A DNA stretch of 64,000 bases from an uncultured Candidatus Saccharibacteria bacterium (GTDB taxonomy: Bacteria > Patescibacteriota > Minisyncoccia > JACPXH01), in the NCBI GenBank assembly GCA_964409225.1, contig CAYPCM010000001.1, forward strand, positions 32,173 to 96,172. Direction: 5' to 3'. This document shows, in pieces, positions 46,373 through 55,662 of this stretch (position 1 is its first letter; every line of letters starts with the position of its first letter). Position numbers and translations under genes: made by a program. The notes under the pieces were generated by a model. It was not told where the DNA came from and did no database searches. It was given only the letters and a program-made list of their open reading frames with translations.

Positions 46373-46499
46373 AAAACTCGTTGGTGCCCGTTTGTCTGTG
46401 TGTTTTCTAATGGTGTACGCTTAGACAATAGGAGCGAGTGTTGCGGGTGTAGTACAGTGGCAGTACCCCGTACCACAACAAGGATAATAAATTGACTAT

Positions 46500-46571
46500 G
46501 CGGGCGTAGTTCAGTGGTAGAACGTCTGCTTCCCAAGCAGAAGATCGCCGGTTCGAGTCCGGTCGCCCGCT
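46500..46571 (+). tRNA. tRNA-Gly(CCC)
   Basis: Cloverleaf GCGGGCG/CGCCCGC, anticodon loop TTCCCAA, T-loop TTCGAGT; no encoded CCA. Confidence 0.96.
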
Positions 46572-46655
46572 CACTAACGCCACCGCCACCAATCCTTGTT
46601 GTGGTCACGGGGCAAGCCAGATGCGGGAGTTCGATATCAGAAATTTTAACTATTT

Positions 46656-47396
46656 ATGGAACAAGAAAACGCACCCCAAGCAATGCAAACAAAAAATAAT
46701 CTCGCAATGTCAGCCGCAGTTGTTATCGCCGGCGCACTGATTGCGGGAGCCGTGTATTGGAGCGCGCGTGGAGACAGCCTTGCTGTCGCACCACAGCCAC
46801 GGGCCGGAGCAGGAAATGCCGCCGCGCTCGATATTATGAATCCGACCGAAAACGCCGACCACATTCGCGGCAATCCGAATGCTCCGGTAAAAATAGTTGA
46901 ATATTCGGATATGGAATGTCCGTTCTGCAAACGGTTTCACTCCACGATGCAACGAGTGATGGACGAGTACGGCAAAAACGGCAAAGTAGCGTGGGTGTAC
47001 CGTCACTTTCCGCTTGACTCTATCCACTCGAAAGCCAGAACGGAAGCGGTTGCAAGCGAGTGTGCGAACGAACTTGGCGGAAACGACGCATTTTGGAAAT
47101 ATGTTGACCGCTTCTTCGAACTCACTCCGTCAAACAATCAAACGGACATTGACGTTGTGTTGCCCCAAATCGCGCGCGAAATCGGACTTGACGAAGCAGC
47201 ATTTATCTTATGTCTCACGAGTAAGAAGTACGACGGACACATTCAGGACGATCTCGACAACGCAACCGCAACCGGAGGCAACGGCACGCCGTGGAGCATC
47301 GTTGTGGCTGCGAGCGGTAAAAAATACCCGCTCTCGGGCGCGCAACCATACGCGACGGTCGGGCAGCTTATTGAGCTTGCGCTTCAAGAAAAATAA
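46656..47396 (+). CDS. DsbA-family thiol-disulfide oxidoreductase
   Basis: EYSDMECPFCKRFH, YRHFPL, GTP. Confidence 0.92.
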   Translation: MEQENAPQAMQTKNNLAMSAAVVIAGALIAGAVYWSARGDSLAVAPQPRAGAGNAAALDIMNPTENADHIRGNPNAPVKIVEYSDMECPFCKRFHSTMQRVMDEYGKNGKVAWVYRHFPLDSIHSKARTEAVASECANELGGNDAFWKYVDRFFELTPSNNQTDIDVVLPQIAREIGLDEAAFILCLTSKKYDGHIQDDLDNATATGGNGTPWSIVVAASGKKYPLSGAQPYATVGQLIELALQEK

Positions 47397-47397
47397 T

Positions 47398-47470
47398 TAT
47401 GACCCTTCAACCCTTCAACAAGTTCAGGGTCGCCCCGAGCACGGTCGAGGATCGACAATTTCAGGGTCAT
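47398..47470. repeat. REP-like palindromic unit
   Basis: ATGACCCT...AGGGTCAT ends with inner CCCTTCAACAAGTTCAGGG and CCCCGAGCACGGTCGAGG. Confidence 0.55.
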
Positions 47471-47488
47471 AGTGAGTAAAATCGAACC

Positions 47489-48052
47489 ATGAAAGAAAAT
47501 CTAAAAAATCTGCAAGTGGCGTTTGGCGAAGTGTTTGGCAACACTTCGTACATAGTGTTCGCGAGTACGCTTGCGATTGCCGCCTTCCTCTTTGCCGTCT
47601 GGCTTCCTAATTTTGGCCTCATTGGTGAAGTGTTTAGCATTTCAAGCGCGCCGCTCGCGACGAAGCTCAAGGTTGTGATTACATTACTCGGCGGTATTGG
47701 CACGAATTTCAGTTTTCTTTCCGCCGGATATACCATCGCAATTGCCGCGCTCTTTGGAATTAACTTGGCAATGATTGTCTATTTTCTGAAACGCACACGC
47801 GCTGGTCTCGGCAGACAAAATCTGGCGGCGGGCGTAGGAGGCATCGCAAGCGGCGCGCTTGGCATCGGTTGCGCCGCTTGCGGGTCGTTTATTTTGAGCA
47901 CGATACTTGCTTCGTTGGGGGCCGCTGGTGCACTCGCAATCCTGCCCCTTCGCGGCGGAGAATTTGGGATATTGAGTATTGTACTCCTTGTTCTTTCTCT
48001 CATGCTTATCAGTAAGAAAATAGCGGCGCCGCTTATTTGCAAACCTTCTTAG
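47489..48052 (+). CDS. membrane protein with GCAACG motif
   Basis: Multiple TMs; intramembrane CxxC plus C-terminal Cys. Confidence 0.75.
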   Translation: MKENLKNLQVAFGEVFGNTSYIVFASTLAIAAFLFAVWLPNFGLIGEVFSISSAPLATKLKVVITLLGGIGTNFSFLSAGYTIAIAALFGINLAMIVYFLKRTRAGLGRQNLAAGVGGIASGALGIGCAACGSFILSTILASLGAAGALAILPLRGGEFGILSIVLLVLSLMLISKKIAAPLICKPS

Positions 48053-48057
48053 CGACT

Positions 48058-48651
48058 ATGAACAAACAAACTGCATTCGCACTTGTCATCGTTCTAGTCT
48101 TTGTCGGCGGAGCAATTTTTCTCGGCGGCCCGCAGAAACAAAGAGAACAAGCAAACATCGGCCATGTGAACGAAGCGCTGGCCGCGAAATTTGCCGACTT
48201 GTCCCAAAGCGGCAACTCGTCTTGCTCCGCCACATTCAAAGAATCAATACTTGCCATGGCGGATGATGCGCGGCTCAAGGGTTCGTGCTGCAGTCCGATG
48301 AGCATACATCGTTACAGCGAACAAGTTGAGGGTTTAGAGAATTTTAAATCCGTTCCCGATCAAAACATTGCAGAGATTCCCGACGATCCGTATGACATTG
48401 AAGCCGGGCTCGCAAAGCGACTTATTTCGTATTACGACACAGAGCTAACCCCGGAGGAACAAGCGGCGTACGATTACGCCGTACTTAATTCGAGCGAGAA
48501 AGGCCCATGTTGCTGTAAATGCTGGCGTTGGTATGTGTACGGCGGCTTGGCAAAGTTTCTTGTTCAAAATCACGGCTTCACTGGCGAGCAAGTAACCCAA
48601 GTGTGGGATCTCTCCGATGGATGCGGCGGTGACAGCGAGCATCACCACTAA
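48058..48651 (+). CDS. exported Cys-rich protein
   Basis: N-terminal TM; GSCCSP, GPCCCKCWRW, DGCGG, HHH end. Confidence 0.75.
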   Translation: MNKQTAFALVIVLVFVGGAIFLGGPQKQREQANIGHVNEALAAKFADLSQSGNSSCSATFKESILAMADDARLKGSCCSPMSIHRYSEQVEGLENFKSVPDQNIAEIPDDPYDIEAGLAKRLISYYDTELTPEEQAAYDYAVLNSSEKGPCCCKCWRWYVYGGLAKFLVQNHGFTGEQVTQVWDLSDGCGGDSEHHH

Positions 48652-48656
48652 AGATT

Positions 48657-49187
48657 ATGGAAAACGAACCGCAAATTGAGTTGAGTAAAAAAGAGCGGAA
48701 AGAATTGCGCCGCGTTGAGCGTCTTGAAGAAGAACAAAAACTTGCAAAGCAGCGGGGCCTGAAGCGTATGACGAAAATCGCGCTCGCCGTGATTATCATT
48801 GGTGGAGGCATTGGCGCTTTTGTTTGGTATCTTGCGACTCGTCCGTCCATTCCCGAAGGGGAGATTATTTCCCGACGCGGTTTGCATTGGCACCCCGCGC
48901 TTACTATTTTCGTCCAAGGAGAAAAACAAGAAATACCCGCAAATATTGGCATTGGCGCGGTGCATAATCCCGTTCATACTCATGATGCCAGCGGCGTCAT
49001 CCACCTAGAGTTTCCAGGGCTGGTTCGCGGGGACGACGTGAAGCTTGGTCGTTTCTTTGAAGTTTGGGGCAAGAACGTTATGGAATTCGGATCATCGGTT
49101 CGCATGACGGTAAACGGCGAAGAGAACGCCGAGCTTCAAAACCATCAAATGAAAGACGGCGATAAAATCGAATTGCGATATGAATAG
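48657..49187 (+). CDS. membrane-anchored His-motif protein with ubiquitin-like C-terminus
   Basis: LHWHP, IPANIGI, HTHDASGVIHLE, MTVNG..DGDKIELRY. Confidence 0.75.
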   Translation: MENEPQIELSKKERKELRRVERLEEEQKLAKQRGLKRMTKIALAVIIIGGGIGAFVWYLATRPSIPEGEIISRRGLHWHPALTIFVQGEKQEIPANIGIGAVHNPVHTHDASGVIHLEFPGLVRGDDVKLGRFFEVWGKNVMEFGSSVRMTVNGEENAELQNHQMKDGDKIELRYE

Positions 49188-49285
49188 AAACGTATGGTAA
49201 AAATGTTTCACCTGTTCGGGTTTTGGAATTTTTGGTAAAATGGTTTAGAGCGAAATCTAAATACGCTTATCATTCCGCTTTTATC

Positions 49286-50131
49286 ATGCCAAGGAGGATA
49301 GTTTTTTTGGCTTTTGCGGTGGGTCTCATAGTGGGGGTGGCGTGGGAAGCGCTTGGTCTTCAGGCGTTGCCGCGCCTTGAATATCGCGTCACTCCCGAAG
49401 TGGGGGAAGAAGTGGTGGTGTCGGTGGGGCCAGGCATTCACCGCGCGCAAGCCGAGCGCGCTTTTCGGCTCTCGCCGCCGGTCCGGGGGCAGACCGAGTG
49501 GGACGAGGCCGCGCGTGCGCTGCATTTTTTCCCGCTTGACGGGTTTAAACCGGGTCAGGTTTATACATTGATTTGGTCTGGCCCGGGGTCGCTTTTGGCG
49601 CGGATAGTGCCGGAGGTGGGGGCTTCGTTTCGGGCCGAGCCGCAGCGTTTGGCCAGCTCGGTTGAGCCAGAACCAGTGTCTGCGCCAACGCCACTTCCGC
49701 CGTCTGGAGACCAGGTGCTCACCAAGCATAGCGGCGAGCGCGTGATGCTTGACCCGCCGCGGGTAAGGCGGGGCAAGTCCATAGAAATCAATCTTTCGCT
49801 GATGACTTTACAGATGTTCGAGAACGGCCAGCGCGTGGCCGCCTTTGAGACGGCGGGCAAAGGCAACCCCAAAACAACTCCCACGCCCACCGGCCGCTTC
49901 AAGATTTTGCGCAAGCGCGGGCTTATGCTTTCGAACCTTTCGTATGTCTGGATGCCGTACAGTATGCAATTTTCAGGGCCGTATTATCTGCACGGCCTGC
50001 CCTACTATCAAAACGGCCGCATGCTGACCACTCAGTATTCCGGAGGGTGTGTGCGCATGCCTAAGGGCGTGGATCAAACCGTGTATAACTGGGCTCAAGT
50101 GGGCACGGCAGTGGTAATTTCCGGAGCATGA
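49286..50131 (+). CDS. L,D-transpeptidase (YkuD) with Ig-like domain
   Basis: IEINLS, TPTGRFKI, WMPYSM, YLHG...SGGCVRM. Confidence 0.88.
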   Translation: MPRRIVFLAFAVGLIVGVAWEALGLQALPRLEYRVTPEVGEEVVVSVGPGIHRAQAERAFRLSPPVRGQTEWDEAARALHFFPLDGFKPGQVYTLIWSGPGSLLARIVPEVGASFRAEPQRLASSVEPEPVSAPTPLPPSGDQVLTKHSGERVMLDPPRVRRGKSIEINLSLMTLQMFENGQRVAAFETAGKGNPKTTPTPTGRFKILRKRGLMLSNLSYVWMPYSMQFSGPYYLHGLPYYQNGRMLTTQYSGGCVRMPKGVDQTVYNWAQVGTAVVISGA

Positions 50132-50529
50132 TTGTCCCCGGATTTTTGCGCTTGGCGTTCCGCCTTCACGCTGTATACTTTTTTGTGTGGGCGACTGTTT
50201 TTGATTTTTTTGTTGAGCCGTTTGGGCGCATTTTCGGACTTGAAGCGCCGCGCACCATTATCGGCTGGGTGGGAACTGGCGTGGCTTCGGGCGGTCTACT
50301 TACGGCGGGTGTGCTTTTTCTTTTGGCTTCGTTTCAGCGTAAGCTGCCGCGGTTTGTGATTGCGGTGGCGCTGGTGCAGACAACGTTCAATCTTTATCAC
50401 GACGTGGTGTGGTTTAGGGTGGGTGCGCCGATGGAGCTCGTCTTGCTCGATGCCGCCGTGATCGGTATGCTGTTCATCGCGTATCTGGCTGCGTGGCGGA
50501 TGTCGCGCGCCGCGCAAACATCGATCTAG
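50128..50529 (+). CDS. hypothetical membrane protein (4 TM)
   Basis: Hydrophobic ORF overlapping the upstream stop (ATGA). Confidence 0.65.
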   Translation: MIVPGFLRLAFRLHAVYFFVWATVFDFFVEPFGRIFGLEAPRTIIGWVGTGVASGGLLTAGVLFLLASFQRKLPRFVIAVALVQTTFNLYHDVVWFRVGAPMELVLLDAAVIGMLFIAYLAAWRMSRAAQTSI

Positions 50530-50547
50530 GGCTCATTACCTATCGTT

Positions 50548-50619
50548 GCCGGAGTAGCTCAGTGGCAGAGCAGGGCTTTCGTAAAGCCAAGGTCGCGAGT
50601 TCGACTCTCGCCTCCGGCT
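50548..50619 (+). tRNA. tRNA-Thr(CGT)
   Basis: GCCGGAG/CTCCGGC acceptor stem, loop TTCGTAA, T-loop TTCGACT. Confidence 0.95.
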
Positions 50620-50680
50620 CAAGGTTTGGACAACGGGGCGGCTTCCATGATTGGCCGCGGCATGCTACGATGTGTCAGCC

Positions 50681-51854
50681 ATGGAAGCCCCAATCGAAAA
50701 ACTCGCTCGTTTAGAAGCTGAAATCCGCCGCACGGCGGACCGTCTTTGACTTAGCGCAACTTAAAAAACAGATTCTAGAACTTGAGCGCGAGGCCGGCCG
50801 GCCCGACTTTTGGGGGCAGGTGGATCGAGCCCAAAAAACTCAGCAGCGCTTGGGCGAGCTTAGGGGAGAAGTGGCGTTGTGGGAGGAACTCCGGAGGGCA
50901 GCGGAGAGCTTGCGCCAAGATCACGCCGCGCTTGTGGAGCTTGATCGGGCCGACGGCAACTTGGACGAACCGGAATTCGCCGTCTTGAAATCCGATTGGG
51001 AGGCGCGACTTCATGACTTAGAGCGTCGTTTCCGCAAAGCCGAGCTGCGCGCTTTTTTGTCGGGACCGTACGATAAAAATTCAGCTCTTCTTTCTATTAA
51101 CGCCGGAGCCGGCGGCATTGATGCGCAGGATTGGGCCGAGATGCTGGCGCGGATGTATGTGCGCTACTCAGAAGGTCGGGGCTGGAAAATAACTAAGCTC
51201 GACGAATCGCGCGGCGAGGAACAGGGGATTAAGTCGGTTGCGTTTCAGGTGGAGGGCGGGTTTGCGTACGGGTACTTGAAGGGCGAAAACGGCGTGCACC
51301 GTTTGGTGCGGCAATCGCCGTTTTCAGCCAACAAGCTCCGGCACACCTCGTTTGCTCTGGTGGAAGTATTGCCGGTTTTTGCCGAAGGCGAGGCAGATAT
51401 CGAAATTAGACCCGAAGATGTTCAGGTTGATATGTTCCGTTCATCCGGGCCGGGCGGGCAAAACGTGAACAAGCGCGAAACCGCAGTTCGCATAACGCAC
51501 CTTCCCACCGGTCTGGTCGTGGCTTCGCAAGAAGAGCGTCAGCAGTCGGCCAACCGGGAATTAGCGATGGCCATGCTGCGCGCCAAACTCTTTCAACTGA
51601 TGGAGCAGGAAAAAACCAAAGAACTGGCCAAACTGAAGGGTAAACGTGTTACAATTGAATGGGGCCACCAGATTCGCTCTTACGTGCTCCATCCTTATAA
51701 AATGGTCAAGGATTTGCGAACTAACGTTGAAACGTCTCAAGCAGAGGCGGTGCTCGACGGGGTGCTGGACGAATTCATCGAAGCCGAGCTGCGGGAGGCG
51801 TCAGCTGCGCACTACGACGTGGAGAAGCGTACAAAAAAGCCCAGCCATGATTAA
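50681..51854 (+). CDS. prfB: peptide chain release factor 2 with programmed +1 frameshift
   Basis: ATG 50681, CTT-TGA-C at 50744-50750, +1 frame contains SPF and GGQ. Confidence 0.95.
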
Positions 51855-52527
51855 ATTCGACAACGTCTCGAAGATTTACAACGAACACGCCGTGGCGCTG
51901 GAAGGGGTTACGCTTGAGATTCAGCCGGGCGAGTTTGTGTCAATTGTGGGGCAATCCGGCGCTGGCAAGTCCACGTTTTTGAAGCTGCTCATCGCCGAAG
52001 AAGAGCCCTCGTCTGGCCGCGTGTTTTTGGACGCAATCGACGTTCACCAGATTCCGCCGGCCAAGCTGCCAATTTTGCGCCGTAGAATCGGCAACGTGTT
52101 TCAGGATTTTAAACTGCTCACGGACCGGACCGCTTTCGAGAACGTGGCTTTTGCCATGGAGGTGGCCGGCGTGGCCGAACACGACATTCATCGTGACGTG
52201 CCCAAAGTGCTTGAGCTAGTGGGTCTTGCGGATAAAGGCGGCAATTTCCCCCGAGAACTTTCCGGCGGCGAGAAACAGCGCGTGGCGATCGCTCGCGCCT
52301 TGGCCCATCGGCCGGATATCATCATGGCTGACGAACCCACCGGCAACTTGGATCCGCTTAACACTTGGGATATCATACGGCTGCTCATGAAAATCAACGA
52401 TCTTGGCACGACCGTCATCCTCGCCACTCACGACCGCGAAATCATCAACACCATCGAGCGCAGGGTTGTAAGTTTGGACCGAGGGCGCATTGTGCGCGAT
52501 GAAGCGCGAGGAAGATATATCCTATGA
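51847..52527 (+). CDS. ftsE: cell division ATP-binding protein FtsE
   Basis: GQSGAGKST, VFQDFKLL, LSGGEKQR, ADEPTGNLD; upstream of ftsX. Confidence 0.95.
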   Translation: MIKFDNVSKIYNEHAVALEGVTLEIQPGEFVSIVGQSGAGKSTFLKLLIAEEEPSSGRVFLDAIDVHQIPPAKLPILRRRIGNVFQDFKLLTDRTAFENVAFAMEVAGVAEHDIHRDVPKVLELVGLADKGGNFPRELSGGEKQRVAIARALAHRPDIIMADEPTGNLDPLNTWDIIRLLMKINDLGTTVILATHDREIINTIERRVVSLDRGRIVRDEARGRYIL

Positions 52528-52567
52528 AATCCAAAATCCAAAATCCAACCCCCAAAAATTTCGGCGT

Positions 52568-53485
52568 ATGCCGATTGTAGAAACATTAAAACGCGTTGCC
52601 CGTTCGGGGCTGCAGTCGTTTCTGCGCAACGGCTGGCTTTCGACCGCGACCATAAGCGTCATGGCCCTCGCCATTTTCGTGATGACGAGTTTGGTGCTGC
52701 TCAACGTCATCACCCAATCGCTCGTCGCCAACCTTCAGGATCGCATTGATATCAGCGTGTATTTCAAGCAGGAAGCGCCTGACGGCGAAATAGCCAAGGT
52801 TCAGCGCGATCTTGAGCAGCTGACCGAAGTTAAATCGGTTGAATTCGTAACTGCCGACGAGGCCCTCGTGCGTTTCCGAGAGCGCCATCAGGACAACCCT
52901 CTGCTTCTTGAATCGCTGGAAGAATTGGGCACCAATCCTCTGCAAGCAACGCTCAACATCAAAGCGCGCGAAGCGAACCAATTCGCTTCGATTGCGAGTT
53001 TTCTTCAAGCCGAAAGGTTTCAGCCCGTCATTGATAAGGTCAACTACACCCAGAATGCCGAGGTGATAAGCCGGCTCGCCAGCATTGTTTCGGGCGTGCG
53101 GCGGGGCGGAGCCGCGCTTACGCTGGTGCTGGCCACGATTGCCATTTTGGTTTCGTTCAATACCATTCGACTCGCTATCTATACTGCGCGCGAAGAGGTT
53201 GGTGTGATGCGGCTGGTGGGCGCTTCCAACTGGTTCATCCGCGGTCCCTTTCTGGTGGCTGGCTTTGTGTATGGCGTGGCGGCAGCGGCGATCTCCATGG
53301 CCGTGTTTTTTCCGCTTGTGGGAGCTATCTCGCCGAAAGTATCCGGCTTTCTTCTCACCGGCACCAACTTGTTCGCTTACGTGCAACAGAACTTCTGGCC
53401 GCTTTTGGGCTTGGGGCTCGCGGTCGGCGTGGCGCTCGGCGTGCTTTCGAGCTACATCGCGATCCGGAGGTATTTGAAGGTGTAG
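52568..53485 (+). CDS. ftsX: cell division permease FtsX
   Basis: FNTIRLAIY..REEVGVMRLVGASNWFIRGPF. Confidence 0.95.
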   Translation: MPIVETLKRVARSGLQSFLRNGWLSTATISVMALAIFVMTSLVLLNVITQSLVANLQDRIDISVYFKQEAPDGEIAKVQRDLEQLTEVKSVEFVTADEALVRFRERHQDNPLLLESLEELGTNPLQATLNIKAREANQFASIASFLQAERFQPVIDKVNYTQNAEVISRLASIVSGVRRGGAALTLVLATIAILVSFNTIRLAIYTAREEVGVMRLVGASNWFIRGPFLVAGFVYGVAAAAISMAVFFPLVGAISPKVSGFLLTGTNLFAYVQQNFWPLLGLGLAVGVALGVLSSYIAIRRYLKV

Positions 53486-53506
53486 GTTGTATATCCTGAG
53501 TTTATC

Positions 53507-53542
53507 GCGGGCCGCGCCCGCCGTCCGGCGGGCGCGGCCCGC
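53507..53542. repeat. perfect 16-bp GC hairpin
   Basis: GCGGGCCGCGCCCGCC-GTCC-GGCGGGCGCGGCCCGC; no U-tract. Confidence 0.7.
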
Positions 53543-53613
53543 ACTATTCGTCGTGGTGGTGCGGTGTGGATAATCCTCGTTGAACAATTGTACAGTGAGT
53601 GTATGATGGAAGT

Positions 53614-54513
53614 ATGGCGAATAATGTGCAGTGTAAGGTATGCGGGCAATCGTTCGGCGCCGTTACGAACACTCACTTGGCGACGCACGACATCTCAGTT
53701 TCCGACTATCGGCGTCGCTACCCCGGTACGGCCGTCGGGTTTGCCTTGGTGCCGGCGCAGCTTGCGAAAGGCGATCTACGGTATCGCCGATGGCGCCGTT
53801 CGTTGCTGAAGCGGCCGCCACCTTGGAACAGAGGTCAGACAAAAGCGACGCACCCGGGTGTTGCAAGAATATCGGCTACGTTTCGGGAACGAGGCATTGA
53901 TAACTTTGTTCATTGGCGACAAAAGATGGAGGCACGGGGGCGGTTTCATCATAGCTATCCAGATTTTCCACATACAGGAGATTTGGCCGAACTGATCGGT
54001 CTTGTTCTCGGCGACGGGCACATCTGTCGATTCGCGCGCACGGAGAGTCTCGGCATAACGCTTAATAATAAGTATCAAGCCCTGATCGAACGAACCGCAA
54101 AGCTGATACAGCGCGTTTTCCATAAAAAGCCGGCTCGACTAGTGCGCCGCGATGCAAACTGTACGAGGCTGGTGCTGTATCAGAAAGACATCAGCCGCCG
54201 TTTGGGCATTCCGAATGGTAATCGAAGCCAGGCCGATAATGGTATACCGCAGTGGGTATGGCGCCACAAGCCGTTTTTGATTCGCTGCTTGCGGGGACTC
54301 TACGAAGCCGAGGGGTTTTTCTCGCAACATCTACCGACCTATACATATAAATTTTCTTTCACCAACTCAAACCCGCGCTTGCTCAACGACGTTTTCCGCG
54401 GTATAAGTACACTTGGCTTTGCGCCGCATCGGGAAGCCAGGCGCATCACAATTTCGAAGCGGGCACAGGCGTTTGCGTGTCGTACCCTCCTTCGTTTTCG
54501 CGAATACAACTAA
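53614..54513 (+). CDS. free-standing LAGLIDADG homing-endonuclease-like protein with N-terminal Zn finger
   Basis: CKVC...HL.TH; LAELIGLVLGDG and CLRGLYEAEG motifs; FTNSN. Confidence 0.85.
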   Translation: MANNVQCKVCGQSFGAVTNTHLATHDISVSDYRRRYPGTAVGFALVPAQLAKGDLRYRRWRRSLLKRPPPWNRGQTKATHPGVARISATFRERGIDNFVHWRQKMEARGRFHHSYPDFPHTGDLAELIGLVLGDGHICRFARTESLGITLNNKYQALIERTAKLIQRVFHKKPARLVRRDANCTRLVLYQKDISRRLGIPNGNRSQADNGIPQWVWRHKPFLIRCLRGLYEAEGFFSQHLPTYTYKFSFTNSNPRLLNDVFRGISTLGFAPHREARRITISKRAQAFACRTLLRFREYN

Positions 54514-54518
54514 TCAAT

Positions 54519-54592
54519 TGGGAGGTCTGCTAATGGTAGGCATCATGGCTCTGAACCATGCAATGGAGGTTCGACTCCTCCCCTCCCAGCCA
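54519..54592 (+). tRNA. tRNA-Gln(CTG)
   Basis: TGGGAGG/CCTCCCA stem, CATGG-CTCTGAA-CCATG, encoded CCA. Confidence 0.96.
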
Positions 54593-54657
54593 ATTTGTAA
54601 AGTTTGCGTTTTCCGCCTCGCTCGGGGCTTCGCTTGATGATTTAATGAAATAAAATT

Positions 54658-55662
54658 ATGGGAACAAAGCAATCATTATATAAAGCACACAAGATTAAGG
54701 ACGATGAGTTCTTTACTCTTTACGAGGATGTTGCTAACGAAGTTTCGCTTTATAAGAAACAACTGAAAAGGAAAAGAATTATATGTCCCTGCGATTGGGA
54801 TGAAAGTTATAACGAAGAGATTGTTTTCAAGGAAGAAGGATTTATTGGTCCGTCCAATTTATTGGACAAAGGCGGAACAATTAAAAAAATAGATATAAAA
54901 GCGTCTAAGAAAAAAATTGAAAAACCGCTAGCTTTGATTAAGTGTAATTTTGTTAAATTTTTAGTTGCTCATGCTGATGCTTATGGCATAAAGTCAATTT
55001 CTGTGAGCGGATATAATCCTGCAAACGGTAAAGGTGTTAAATTCCAAGATGTTGATTATTCAAAATATGATCTAGTTATTACGAATCCGCCGTTTAGTCA
55101 GTTTCGGGATTTCATTGAAACAATGTTTAAAAATAAGACGGATTTTTTGGTCGTCGGACCAATTACTGCCATAACATACAAGGAAATTTTCAGTCACATA
55201 AAAGACAATAAAATGTGGCTTGGTTACGCAAAACAATTATCCGGATTTCGATTGACTGATGGTACTCTTGTTCTTTCAAAAAATCCCGAAGGATCAGTGC
55301 CTCGTGCTTGTAAATGGTACACGAATTTGGATGTTGCCTATCGGCACGACAGGATGATTTTGACAGAAAACTATAGCCCCGAAAAATACCCAAAATATTA
55401 CAACTATAACGGCGTGGATGTAGAAAAAACAAATAAAATACCTTTTGATTTCGATGGTATTATGGGTGTTCCAGTTACTTTTTTAACAAAGTATAATCCA
55501 CAGCAGTTTAAGATTGTAGGAAAAGGGGTTCAGGTTGAAAAAACAGTAAGGTTCAAGGGTGATAAGGCTACGCTCTGGATTGAAAAGGACGGAAAACCTT
55601 TCAGGGCACCTTTTGAAAGAATTTTAATAAAAAATAGAGAGGTAATTAAAAATGAAAAATAA
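54658..55662 (+). CDS. adenine methyltransferase, EcoRI-methylase family
   Basis: KDDEFFT, CPCD, VITNPPFSQFR, GIMGVPVTFL.KYNP.QF. Confidence 0.9.
   Translation: MGTKQSLYKAHKIKDDEFFTLYEDVANEVSLYKKQLKRKRIICPCDWDESYNEEIVFKEEGFIGPSNLLDKGGTIKKIDIKASKKKIEKPLALIKCNFVKFLVAHADAYGIKSISVSGYNPANGKGVKFQDVDYSKYDLVITNPPFSQFRDFIETMFKNKTDFLVVGPITAITYKEIFSHIKDNKMWLGYAKQLSGFRLTDGTLVLSKNPEGSVPRACKWYTNLDVAYRHDRMILTENYSPEKYPKYYNYNGVDVEKTNKIPFDFDGIMGVPVTFLTKYNPQQFKIVGKGVQVEKTVRFKGDKATLWIEKDGKPFRAPFERILIKNREVIKNEK

Noticed and set aside
52586-53587. Long antisense ORFs (also 59801-60601, 25259-25981, 30725-31414)
   Set aside because: They are shadows of well-supported sense genes and have no recognisable motifs.
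53614-54592. Group I intron in a tRNA encoding the LAGLIDADG protein
   Set aside because: tRNA-Gln is contiguous, and no 5' tRNA half or intron core is visible upstream.
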